DNA of 64,000 nucleotides from Diadema antillarum (Eukaryota), in contig NW_027272185.1 of the NCBI RefSeq assembly GCF_040938485.1, positions 310,001-374,000 of the forward strand. The letters are read 5' to 3'. Under the pieces are notes generated by a model. It was not told the origin of the DNA and made no database searches. It was given only the letters and a program-made list of their open reading frames with translations. The translations under genes were made by a program, and so were the position numbers. Shown here piece by piece: positions 1 to 11,856 of the stretch. Numbering within the stretch: position 1 is the stretch's first letter; every line of letters starts with the position of its first letter.

Positions 1-117
1 TTTGCTGGTTCTTGAGGCTGTACAGAAGCCAAAGTAAGTACTAAAAGACTTCCATAGGTTGTCAAATATTATTAAACAGGAGATATTGCAAATATGTCTA
101 GATGGATTATATGATAG

Positions 118-216
118 AGGTCTTGATGACCTAATAGATGAGATGAAGATGTTTATATTTTTGGTCTTGATGACCTTGGAGTTCTTGGATGTTGATGTTA
201 GTGGTCTTGATGACCA
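118..216. repeat. Three copies of the 13-nt hairpin GGTC-TTGAT-GACC
   Basis: Exact copies at 119-131, 163-175 and 203-215 separated by unrelated sequence. Confidence 0.75.
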
Positions 217-1069
217 GTGACCTTGCACTGATGATGCTATAGATTCTATGAATGTTTCAAGTTTACTTGATTCAATGTGATAGAATGTTTCTAGTATTAG
301 AAGAGAGGAAGATAATATGACAAGTCAATATTGCATTTCAGAATGATGCCATGGAAGATATTTTCGTTCGTAATGTGATTTCCAAGACGAGAGTCAGTTC
401 TGATGTATGCGCTTTTATACTGGCTTTATAATTCCAAATTTTATGCGAAGCTGTAAATTAAACATGGTTCAGGTCAAGCTGACAGGTAGGCCGACTGCCA
501 GTGGCGGCCGTGTTTCTTGGTCCATATTCGAGTCAAGGAGATCACAGTACGAGAATTTATGTCTAGAAAGTTATGAACAAATTAGTAGAAAGAACGGAAC
601 AAGTAAAATGATTCATAAGACTTATTTTCTTCACATTTATTTGACAACAAACAGCACCTAACCATGTGGAGGCATAGACGATGGAGGGTTAGGGGTGTTA
701 CGTAATTATTTGAATCTTTTGGCAATGTACCATAAAATACAAATACAATGAATTCTCAATAACATTATGGTACATTTTCTGACGTTATTACGTCAACTTG
801 CAAGTAAATTCATATGCCAGAGTATCTCAGGATAGGATATGTAGAGACAGGAATATAATTTGGAATTGTATACTGCATTGACAAAAATAGATTATTTCTA
901 GTGCACGCAAATTTTATATGTATTTGAGAGTACACGGTACTCAGTATCTGTCATTAGAAAATGACAGCACCTAGGTTGTGAATGATGAGTCAGTGATACA
1001 TTGTTAGATATCTCCCCCCCCCCCCGACCTTTACCAACATCCCGACTTATTACATTGTACGTGGACAAC

Positions 1070-1468
1070 TGTTCATCGTGAAGTAACAATCCTGAACAAG
1101 GAACGTTACTGGTACCTGTGCAGAGTTATATCTATCAACGGGTCATCGTGCATTATACAGTAACAATCCTGAACAAGGAACGTTATTCGTACCGGTGCAG
1201 AGTTTCCCGCCTGCATACACAAGCATCCATCGAATAGTCTTCATGTTCATACAATGACAATCCTGAATAAGGAACGTTATTTGTACCTGGCGTCAGAGTT
1301 ACGGTATCTCATCTAGTAAGCAGTGTTCATCATCCCTATTATAACAATCCTGAACAAGGAACGTTATCTGTACCGGTGTAGAGTTCTCTCATCTGACAAT
1401 GCCGCTGGTCAACATGCATCGTACGGTGACAATCTTGTGTAAAGAACGTCACTTGCATCACTTGTACC
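1070..1468. repeat. Array of five conserved 27-nt stem-loop units with divergent spacers (candidate structured ncRNA array)
   Basis: Hairpin cores at 1083-1109, 1160-1186, 1254-1280, 1341-1367 and 1426-1452; periods 77, 94, 87 and 85 nt; conserved tail GTACCNGTGCAGAGTT after units 1-4. The repeat is directly visible; function unknown. Confidence 0.85.
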
Positions 1469-2966
1469 TGACTTGTGCATTTTACTGTAACCCCTTTATT
1501 AGGTACCACTGTCTTCGTTATGAAACCTTTTGACCTTGACCTATGACTGAATTGACTTTCTCATGTTAAGATGAGAAATTGATGACATTTGATGTAGTCA
1601 TCCGAGTTATTCCCCCCCCCCCCATACATTTCGAGAGCATTGACTCTAGTTGTATTTGTAGTATTGCTATGGATCTATTCATTGAATTGTGCGGAACTAA
1701 AACGTGACTCGTGACAGAACAGAATAGTGTGAGATTATTATAATGAATTCTGTTCCTGGTATACAAATTTTTACGTATAGAAACAATTGTCATGGACCAG
1801 GTTGAACACAGAACGTTGTGCTAGGAATAAGCCTTTATAAGTGAGCAACACAGGAGGTAAAATCTCGAGGCTGTGTTTGCTTAGGAGAACGTATAAAATA
1901 CTGGTAGTTGTATCAGATCAACGGAACGACTGATAAACTCATAATAGTATTGGGCAGGAAGAGTGCCAGTTCGAATCCCAGTAGAGACGGTGGAGTGGTC
2001 GGGTACGAGTGGAGGAACGTAATATTATTTTTGGAGAACCGGTTAACTAGGTGCTGGCGCTTAAGTTGGAGAGAGAAGGTTTTGAAGAGTTATAGAGAAA
2101 CTATCCTAGTCACTTGGATTGAATTGTTCGGAAGACCGACGAGTATATGTAATAGGCCCCTCGGAGCACGGCAATGGTTATGAAGGATAGATACAATTTA
2201 GGTGAAAGTCACAAGCCCAAACGTTGATAGTGTCATTATTTATGTACGAGTCTATGATTTTGGTATTATTTCTTCTGAGTTCCATAGAGCCGAGTCACAA
2301 CCGCACTTAGGGTAAAGTAAAGTAGGTATTAAGTAAGTAAGAGTACTAAGATTTTGGAAGTTGTACATACAACTGTAAATACGTTAAACTGTAAATACGT
2401 TAATAAAGCACATTTGCATTGGATTGAGAATTACTCAAATTTTCCAGTTTCCAAACAGACAATTCTATCACTGTACTTGCCTGGTCATGCTGTGAGTGTG
2501 ATTGTTTGGTCGTGTGAGTTGAGAAGCCCATGTCTTGTGCTGTGTCAGTTGTATTGAATGCATGATGTGAAAGCATAAGAAGTAGTTTTAGTACGTACGG
2601 TATGGTAATTAATAATTTCAAGTACAAACGTTCGCCTTCAACGAACGGCCCCCCATCGAAGTTTGGATGCCTTGTCAAGTTACATGAGGAGGCTGTTGGT
2701 TAGGAACTAAGGAAATTCTATGCAATAGAGGAAAACAAGGGGAGCTGTCTGAGTGTGTGTTCGATTGGCAATGTGTGACGATGATGATGATCAGACTGCT
2801 CGATGTTCAAGCACGTGTGTACATATGCATGTGTGCATGAATGCGTGTGTGCATCTCGAGCATGTTCTGTTGAATCTAATGACTTATGCACGGTGAACAA
2901 TTAGTTATCATAGAATGTCAGATCGTGGTTGTCAAACATTAGCAACTTCTTAGAAACAGAACTCAC

Positions 2967-3200
2967 CATTTACTTGAACAGATGTATACTGCAAATTTTC
3001 ATATAATGGTTGAATTACGGTGAGTTAGCTCAGAAATTTGGCACCATGACGAGTTCGGCCGTAGTAGGTTCACACAGTCACAGCTACAGACCACAGATTG
3101 AATAGCTAGCACATGTATTAAAGGGCGCCAGCTCTAGCCAATCAGAGCACTTGTAGCATTGAGAGAGGTAAAGCTGAGTTTGGCGTTTGGCTATTGGTTG
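2967..3200 (-). promoter_or_regulatory. Putative promoter and first exon (ending in ATG) of a minus-strand gene running off the left edge
   Basis: CCAAT at 3138-3142, ATTGG at 3193-3197, TA-rich box at 3116-3122, consensus donor ATG|GTGAGT at 2967/2966, and a good acceptor (TACTTTGGCTTCTGTACAG) giving an exon start at position 17. Motif-based only. Confidence 0.3.
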
Positions 3201-3445
3201 AGCCTGTAGTTGCTATTCTAGCTGGATGACAACCACCCCCCCCCCCTCGTATTTGATTTCCTCAGAGTTTCTTTGTGTTGTATTGATTGACATTCACTTA
3301 TTGTCTTTCGATAAGGATTCATACCCCTGAAAAGTATGTGGTGGCAGCAAGTTACGAAAGGAGGTTTATTAATGGTTGAGTGGCTCATCAGACAATCTTA
3401 TTTCTTTACATAGGGGCCAACAACAAACCCCCTCCTCGCGTCACA

Positions 3446-3446
<1 letters not shown>

Positions 3447-3476
<30 letters not shown>

Positions 3477-3489
3477 TATATATATGTGA

Positions 3490-3528
<39 letters not shown>
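3447..3528. repeat. Compound (AT)n-(GT)n microsatellite; other microsatellites at about 11300-11385, 11805-11857, 18547-18612, 19370-19415, 27830-27871, 31918-31969, 57901-57975, 60176-60235 and 62765-62803
   Basis: Directly visible simple-sequence repeats. Confidence 0.95.
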
Positions 3529-3531
<3 letters not shown>

Positions 3532-5205
3532 ATTGTGGGTACCTAAGTAGACCTACTGAAAAAGGGCAAATTCATACTTCTCTTTCCAATACCTACCAGC
3601 CAAATGACGCCACTGAAACACGACTGCGTGTCGAAACTGGAGCGTCAATAACTGTCTATCTTTGACTACAAGGTAACACGATGTGGTAGTAAATTGCAGT
3701 AATGTACAGCGTGAGCTCTGTAGTCTCACAATGCTTGTGCATAGTGGTACAGTTGAATGTGTGTGTGTATGTGTGTGTCTGCGCGTGCGAGCGTGCGTGT
3801 AGATAGGGCTAAATGTGGCGTAATTTGTTGGGACAGAAGAATTGAATATCCGCCACATCCCTCCTCCACTTTGTATTAGAAGATATATATGAAGAACTGG
3901 TGCTATCATTTTTTTTTTTCATTTCAAATGATCTTCTCAAAAGTAAACATGCTTCGTCAGATGCAATTTTGCTGAATCTGTTGACGTGAAAGAAAAAAAA
4001 AAAGACCTGCACACAATGTATTCAGATACTTCTTCTTAGTTCACAATGGTTCCATTTTTGCAGTCAGGCCCAACAAGGACATTTAAATCGAAATGAACTT
4101 GAGCAAGAATTCAACGCATTCATCATTACGCTTGAACGACATTTCACAAAAACTCGTATTCAAATGTTTCAGAAGTACCCCTCTCTCATTCACTGTATCC
4201 AACATTCTTTTCACAGTAACAAGTGTGTAGGAAAGGAGGCAGCAAACACTCGTCATGATTGTTAAGTATTTTAATGCCGAACTGGGTTGAGGCACTGTTA
4301 CAAAAAGCAACAACAAACAAACAAGGTTGTAAGAAGTGTGTATGTTTGTTCCTGTTTTATTGTTTGACTTTTTTTTTCTTGAACACATATCACAAGAAGC
4401 ACACTTCGTAAGAGAAAAAAAAAACACCACATAATCTAATCTTATATACTGTTGTCAAGACCGTCTTTCTTTACACGACGAGGCGTTCCGAATCGCGTGA
4501 TTTTCATAAAAATCTACCATCATTATCGGCAGCATAGCGGCAAGGAACCCCTTGGTAATATCGGGCGGGAAGCCATGATGATTCAACTTATTCTATTCAC
4601 AATACACTCATTGTACGACGTGTTGTACGGAACGAATAACAGAAATGCGTAGTCAACATACAGCTCCAACGGTACAACATCTCCCTGTCTGGTCTGACAC
4701 CACATGACTAATCTTTATTGCTCTCCTCAAAAGTTGAAGTTGTGTTTAATCAGTGAGAGGGGTATGGAAGATGAAAGGAATTTCCAAATAATTTATTGGG
4801 TATTTGTGAAAATCTCATATACACCAGTTTGTTTGTATTTTCTGGTCCTTTCTATCTAAAGTAAGGTCATCAAGGGATCACTACATTGTATGTAACAATG
4901 ATTGATATGAAATATTATGTACTGCAGGGTGTGATCAATTGGTAGTAAGAAAGTTTATAGGAGCAATGGAAGATTTAAAACTTTAAAAAGAGCCTCTATA
5001 ACGATGACCAATCAAACAACAACAAAAGCTGTCTCCAAAACTGAGTAATTATAGCAGCATTCTCACTTGAGTAGCAATTCACAGTATTGTTTCTAAACAA
5101 TATTGTATTGTATATGATATGATATCGTACGCCAGTCGTACTGACCGCAGTAACATTGAAACATTCTGTCGAAACTTTGTTGGAAAAGGGCAGATGCATA
5201 TTCTG

Positions 5206-5636
5206 GGCCCTGTTGCATAAAACCCTTACCGCTCAGGGCCGGCGCACTGTTTTCAAAAGTGTGGGGGCCCACTTCCGGGTTTCATGAGCTAACAAGCAAA
5301 AAAAAAAAAAAAAAAAAGGTCCTCAGCTCATTCTCTCCCCTCCCATTGTAGTGCCTCTTACGTACTTCCGGGTTGAAAAAAGTGTGGGGGCCCAAAGTGA
5401 TGACACCTTATGTATTCCTTTGTATGGTGCACAAAAAGTGTGGGGGCCCGAGCCCCCACGGCCCCCACGGCCCCCACGGCTGCGCCGCCCCTGCCGCTGG
5501 ACTTACCGCTCCTTTCTAGCGGTAAGTCTTCAAATTAGCGGTAAATTTTATAATCCTTGATGCTGATTGGCTGTGATGCCTAATTTTGACGGTAATTACC
5601 ATTGAAATTCAATGGTAAGTTTTATGCAACGGGCCC
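5206..5636. mobile_element. MITE, probably PIF/Harbinger type, interrupted by a second element
   Basis: TIRs GGCCCTGTTGCATAAAAC.. / ..GTTTTATGCAACGGGCCC; 3-bp TSD CTG (5203-5205 and 5637-5639); subterminal TTACCGCT repeats. Confidence 0.75.
5234..5493. mobile_element. Short GC-cored non-autonomous element (CAGGG...CCCTG ends) nested inside the MITE
   Basis: Ends CAGGGCCGGCGCA / TGCGCCGCCCCTG; perfect 5-bp TSD CCGCT (5229-5233 and 5494-5498). Confidence 0.8.
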
Positions 5637-6159
5637 CTGATCTCTGTATTGCACCGTAGTGAAGTTTCATGTTATCGTTGCAATTCTTCACCATGTTTCG
5701 ATTCCTTTTGTCATTTAAGTTCATCGATTGTTTAGGCTTGTTTTTTCTAGAGCTTACCATGCGTCCCGAGTTTCAGTAAAGTAGGCCCTATGGCTCTCCC
5801 TTCAATTTAAATTCCGCCCCTGACCAAAAATAAAAAAAGCATGATAGGTGATCCAATATCACAAGCAGCGCCGTCCTTCACTGCAACGAAGACGCTGCAC
5901 ACACGGAGATTGTCGAACTTGAACCAATACATCGATGACGCCATGTTGATTACGAATTAATCAAGTTCTTCTTCTAGCGACACTTTTGGAGGCCTTCCCG
6001 ATTCACCCATTCAGATCCATTAGTCATCCATTTTATTTTTCATTTCTATTTCTTTCTTGATATGTGTAGCTTCCCAATTTATGGGGTCTCACCTCAGCTG
6101 CCACACTAGTCCTTGCCTTACCGGGAACATTTCAAAAGGTAACCTTAAGTCATATCTAC

Positions 6160-7264
6160 TTAGGAGAGATATTTCTCTGCGATCCTTCTGAGATCTGCTT
6201 CGATTAAGATCTTCTTCAGTTTCTCCCTGTTGTCGAGTCCTTGGCGATTCTTCCAGGCCTCCAGTGCCCGGTACGTGGCCTCCTCGGAGTCGTTGGCGCA
6301 GCTCATCAGGAACGAGTCCAGCTTGGCCTTCTCGAGTCCCAGTTTCAAGCCCAGCGGGATGTAGTAATTGTGCGGCACCTCACACGCCATTTCCCGAAGA
6401 GTCTGGGCGGGAACGTCGTTCGGTCGGTCGTCATCCTGTCCAGACGGGCTGCAGTGAAAACAACAGAAGCGGAAAAATACATCTCCGGACATGACGCGCA
6501 GATGAGATATGGGAATAAACATTTCTAGGGCTGATGACTACTAGCCAGATACGTAGGCGTATCCATATCAATGGAAGATCTTGTGTTCGAATTCAGGCAG
6601 GCGCGTACATCTTTGGACAATGCTTCTTTCTTTGTTTGTTTGTTTGTTTGTTTGTTCGCTGGTAGGTGGTATATAAATCTTGACTCAAATATTATAGACA
6701 ACGATCTGGCAACCACAGGGCTATGATAGCTGACCCTGTGGACAAACAGTGCCTGGACTCAAAGGCAGCCCAGGGAAAAGAAGACCATTATCATAATGCT
6801 GCAATAAATGACCACCGCTGAGTGGTTAAGGTCAATATAAGAGTCATGAGTATACGCACACGAAAACATATGCATTTTGTTTGTAAACCGTTATGTATAT
6901 GAGACATTTGCATTCATGGAGAAGCTACCATGTGCTTACTTCAAATCGTTTTCGTCGGTTTCTCGAGCGTGCGTTTAATCTTTGACATACACAAGAATCA
7001 TAATGTCATAAACAGTACCTAGTACGAACACACAGCATGGCAATTGATATGAGCATAGATTAAGATTAGTATACATCTATACCCGTTATGAAAAGAATAA
7101 GTGGGGAAAAAGGAAGTTATAGCAAAGGATAGGAATGCATTCATAATATGCCACGCTCGAGAGATTATGACAAGATACCGGAGTTTGCAGTACTCACAAT
7201 GCTCCTTCGCCCTCTACCGTTGGGCTCAGAAAAGAAAAACTACTTTGACTAGATGTCCTCCGAC
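6160..7264 (-). CDS. Coding exons 10-11: Ser-rich spacer (7198-7264) and C-terminal death domain (6160-6448)
   Basis: LREMACEVPHNYYIPLGLKLGLEKAKLDSFLMSCANDSEEATYRALEAWKNRQGLDNREKLKKILIEADLRRIAEKYLS* shows the death-domain pattern (LG..LGL....LD.....; L..WK......; L...L....LR.IAE). Exon 10 (phase 1-2) resolves the phase mismatch between exon 9 and the DD exon. Confidence 0.85.
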
Positions 7265-10200
7265 CTGGAGCAAAATAATGAAAAGACATTTCATCTTGAA
7301 TATCATGTGACGTTGTGCTATGTAATGATGTTATGTAATGCCACTTTATGAGATATATCGTAATAAAAACAATAGGATATCGTGAATAGAATGGTACGAT
7401 CCGACAATCCTTCGTTCCCCATAGCGAATCATGTTCATGTATAGCATTAAACCCACTGTCATATAAGTTACAGACATCATTAATTCCAACACAGAGTTCC
7501 TTGCACATACCATGTGCATGTTTCACTTGTTCTTATGATTGCAAAACTGATTGCAGAAAGGGGTGTCTAATGACGGGGGAAACATCGCTTAAAGGTTATC
7601 CGAATCTCGGAAGTAATGCATAGGGCGCCCTCCCTCTTTGAAGTTCATTCATAACAGCAACAGCTCTACTAAAACATGGAACTAGCAGTCATAGATCGAA
7701 AATGGTGCTTCTTACCGTGAGAAGGAATGTTCACGTGGCAGATCATGTCGACTGTCTTGGTGCCAAAGGTCACGAAGATTTTCACGTCCTTAGACTGGTG
7801 TCTGGTGCAGTTCACCTGAAAGTCCACGGAATTGCGGTGGAACTCAATGACGTCACACGTTGACAGAGTCTTCTCCTACGTACAGAAGATCGTTGCATAT
7901 TAGATTATGATCAATGGAGTAAGAAAACGTCTTTGTCGAGGTCGCATAACATTTCTTGAAGTTATAGCCAAAATCGTTTGATATCAATACTAATGGTAAT
8001 GATAAGTTGTAAAGGAAACTTATTTGACGACAATATTACGAATGGCATGAACAGTTGGAGAAAGGAGTGTTATATGATGACAAGACTACCAAATGAACAG
8101 AAAAAGGTTCCATCAGATCGTAAGGCTGGCGTCATACTGTCTTGAGTTTGACACAGGATGCTAATACGAATATGAAGCTTTGCAAGATCTTCGGTTTTTT
8201 TTTTTTTGGGGGGGGGGGGGGATGGGGTGGGGGTTGGGGCTTGCCGAAGATTTTGCAACGGCTCGAGAAGTTTCTGCCACAGCCTGGGAAGTTCCATCTC
8301 CGGTCATACAATGACTTAAGTAGCCTCACGAATGACCCGATGTTTATATACAATCAGAGCCAACATTTTGCATTTTCCTTTATCATGTATTTCCATCTTT
8401 GCTCAATGTTTCGGGAAATTGTTAGGCCTGCATGACTTAAATAAAATAGCCATCGAGGCCGGGTTGTCATCGGACGCGTCTTACCTCCACGCTTTCGCCA
8501 TCTTGGCATTTCACGACGATGTCATTAGTGTCATCCATGCGAAGCTTTAGGACGAAGTTCTTGCCGATGTGCGCTGGTTTCACGGCATAAGGGGAGGTGG
8601 CAGCCATGTCCTCCAACATCATCTATGCCACATCGAACAGTCGAGTAAATATAACAAAGAATTAAAATCGTGCTTTGTGTTCCTTATCATTACGGACTGG
8701 ATCCAGACCAACTGAAAGAAAGACTGATTAAGAATGATGATAACAATGAAAACGTAATTCCTTTTAACAGTTGTCATCACTAACGGCAGGATGTCTTAAA
8801 GTATTGAATTAGCATTTTGACGTGATAGTTCTTTGAGGCTTACGTGATATAATTTATCGGCACACCTAGACACCTCATCCCTATCGGATTTAGAAGACAT
8901 AATAATGTGATGCAAACGCGTGTTCACTTGTGCTGATTTATAATACCGTGATCATCAATCATGTGACCAAATTAAAGGAATATCCAAAAAAAATGTCACA
9001 TATATTTCATGACGATTTTCGGCTATTTTTCTTCAGATCACTGATATACGCCCACGAAAAAGTATTCCATGATTCTGTCAATGACATCAACTATCAGTCG
9101 CTGCTAAATTACTACGATTAACAAAAAACACTGGTATGCACCTTCCGGTAAACTCAGCTTAACTTGCATGTTTCCAGACAAGGTCTTTTGTTGATATATT
9201 ACTTACATGGAAACGTAGAATAAAGTGTTTCACAGTATAGCTTAGAAAGGGCAGAAACATTTCCACAGCGTGTTTCAAAATGTGCCACACTGTTGCCACA
9301 AGTGAAACAAACTTTACTTTCTTTTTGCAATAAAATTACGGAAACGGACAAAATTTCAATAATGAGAAGATGTAATGCGTAACAATGTCGACATGCACGC
9401 TGTGCTCAGCGCCATTCTTTCAGGAAGAAGCCCTGATGAGTCAAAAGACTTAGTTATCAGTGCAAATAAATTAAACAGACTGTTCATTAAATAACCTTGT
9501 CCATGCCTTCCGTGTGATCGTATATCATGACGTTGATGATTGGTTTCCTTGTCGCCGGCATCCATTTTGGGATGAATGGACGCAGAGACAACTTCTTGTA
9601 CACCTCGCTGCCCATGACCGACACGGAGTACTTCCCCGAGCGTTCCATCTCCAGTTCTAGCTTGTTTTCATCTATTGAACATCTCGCTGGGTGGATGAAA
9701 TCGAGGTGGGAGGACGAAAGAGGGAAGACATGCAGGTAGTTATTATGAATGCCGAGAACTCCCATTATCACCACTGTGGCTTCATTTACTGGCCTACACT
9801 ATGCTGCATTTTCAGTAATGTTTCATGCAAGAACATCCCACGAGTTCTCTCTCTATCTCTCAAGCAACAGGTATGCACAACGACCAGCACTGCAACTAAA
9901 GAATACAATAGTTCATTCTTCCCCGAAGAAGATACCTCTGGAGTCAAAATGACTATTCTCTGTAGAAACACTGCTTGTGTTTCATGCTTTGAAAACACTG
10001 TAGCGAATTTCCAATGGAACCCACAACAAATGCTCGCTTCCAAGTAATAGAAGTCTCTGTCTCTTCAAATCCAGGTGTTTTAAATTGCTCGAAGTTCCCA
10101 CTAGCATTCTGACTGGGTATTTACCCGCCGAGATATACAAGTGAATTTTATGACGTCAAAGAGAACAATTTGGTCACATGCCACCAACTGTCTGTAAACA

Positions 10201-11805
10201 TGACCAAGTTAGAACACCATGGTTCCACTGCAAACCTTTCCCTCTGGAGATGTAAACGATTCTTCAAATGCACACTCACACAAAAAGGAACTTTCTTTCA
10301 AAATTTTCTTGAAAAAGAGAAGAACGTTTGGTTCATGACTCCTAGTGCAAGAGGGTAGGATTCAGACACGAAAGGTTAAATTGGTGAAACCCTTATAAAT
10401 AATGTGACGCGAACTTACGCCGGGAAAGCCTCTGTGCTCCATTTCCGCCGGTCCTGACGGCGTCATCCTCATGGTGGACGAAGACCTCCATGTCCTGCGA
10501 CCACGAGCTGAGGCTGTGGGGTAGGGTCAGCGTGGCGGGCTTCTCCAGCATCATTCCCGCTGGAGTGAAGTGGACGTCGGGCGAAATGCAGAAGCCGCTG
10601 CCCGCCGCCGCCGAGCCGCCAGATTCTCTCGACAGCTCGACGCCGATCTTCTTCCTCTGACCCCGCGGGATGGCGCCTGGTGGTACCTTGAGAGAGAACC
10701 CGTACGTCTTGCTCGAGATCTCTCCACCTTCCGTGCCTATGTACTTGGATACGAAAACGGGACTAGCCCTCCCTGTGTTGTAATTAAGATATTTTTGGCA
10801 TAGATCAGATATGAAGCAAATACACTGAGTGTTTGCAACTTGTTTTCAAGGGTTATCACAACAACAGAAAGTGACATCATGGCAAATAGCTCAAGATCTA
10901 AAGGTTTTTAACCTTTAAACTTCGAGTAAACTTTTCGTCCCAAAAAGCAGAGAAAAGTCTTAGACTTAGTTATGTGTACAATATGGAGAAGAAAAGGATT
11001 TCTACAGCCATAGGCACGGTTGGTAGCGTCCAAAAAGCCCTTAACCCCGACAGCAAAAGCCACATAAACCATTTCTCATTGACACATGGCTGTTTCTTCC
11101 ACCATGACATCTTGACCATGTATAATGCATGTTGCAAAATACACTTAAGTTGTTGTTTGACGTCATAGGAGCAGGACTCCAAACACAATTGCTCCTTATT
11201 ACACTAATTGTTCCACAATCGAGTTTGATGATTCTGAAACCCATGAATAGGAGTGGGACCACCGGCTTTCGTCTCCAGCATTATCATATTGGGTTTTTTC
11301 TCTCTCCCTCTTTCTCTCTTCCTCTCTCTCTCTCCCTCCTCCTCCTTTTGCTCTCTTTCTTTCTCTCTCTCTCTCTCTCTCTCTGTTAAACACATGTACG
11401 CACATACAAACACGCACACACACAGACATTTCCGCAAGCACACAATGTCATGAACACACGGAAAGACAGAGTGCATGATAACCCCTAACATGTTTGACTT
11501 CACTTAAGGTTACCTGCTTCATTCCTATCCAACTCCAGAGGTGGGATCGTTTGTTTGGTTGCGATGGTCAATTTCTCTCCCATTTCTTGCGACAAGGTAT
11601 CCTGCTTTTCCCTCCCTGGAGTTCCTTGAGGACTACAAAACAGAGAGATAAGCTGAATGTAAACTTACAAAAACTCCACACTGTGTTATCCAATCCAGAT
11701 CTTTCTTCTTCTTTAAAATAATCTATTGGTTACTGACAAACTTAAGTGCTAATGCAACCTGGGCAATCTGCATAATACCTTTATCGATGTTTGGAAATAT
11801 ATCAC

Positions 11806-11856
<51 letters not shown>

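Noticed and set aside
1-17. Histone H2B-like N-terminus (MPQEPAK vs MPEPAK) for the left-edge gene
   Set aside because: Only six codons are visible and the splice is hypothetical; the resemblance may be chance.
1070-1468. Bona fide CRISPR array
   Set aside because: Animal genomic context, no cas genes, degenerate repeats, and spacers with residual mutual similarity (TCATC). The layout is CRISPR-like only.
1070-1468. C/D snoRNA cluster, hammerhead ribozymes, or 24-nt micro-introns (GTAC..TTCAG on minus)
   Set aside because: A C box and CTGA co-occur in only one unit and are about 45 nt apart; there is no CTGANGA/GAAA hammerhead core; splicing out the putative micro-introns gives stop codons, and such introns are too short for a typical metazoan.
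1715-1830. Additional units of the hairpin array (GAACAGAAT/ATTCTGTTC stem; TGAACACAGAACGTT)
   Set aside because: They share a few bases with the core but do not keep the two-stem structure; at most decayed relatives.
6713-6741. Hairpin CCACAGGG-(13 nt)-CCCTGTGG in the last intron of the ZU5-DD gene
   Set aside because: Single copy with an 8-bp stem and no covariation evidence; may be a repeat fragment.
11199-11503. ORFs rich in ER/RE or LS repeats
   Set aside because: Translations of (CT)n/(CA)n microsatellites. Likewise the YI, HT and CV repeat ORFs elsewhere.
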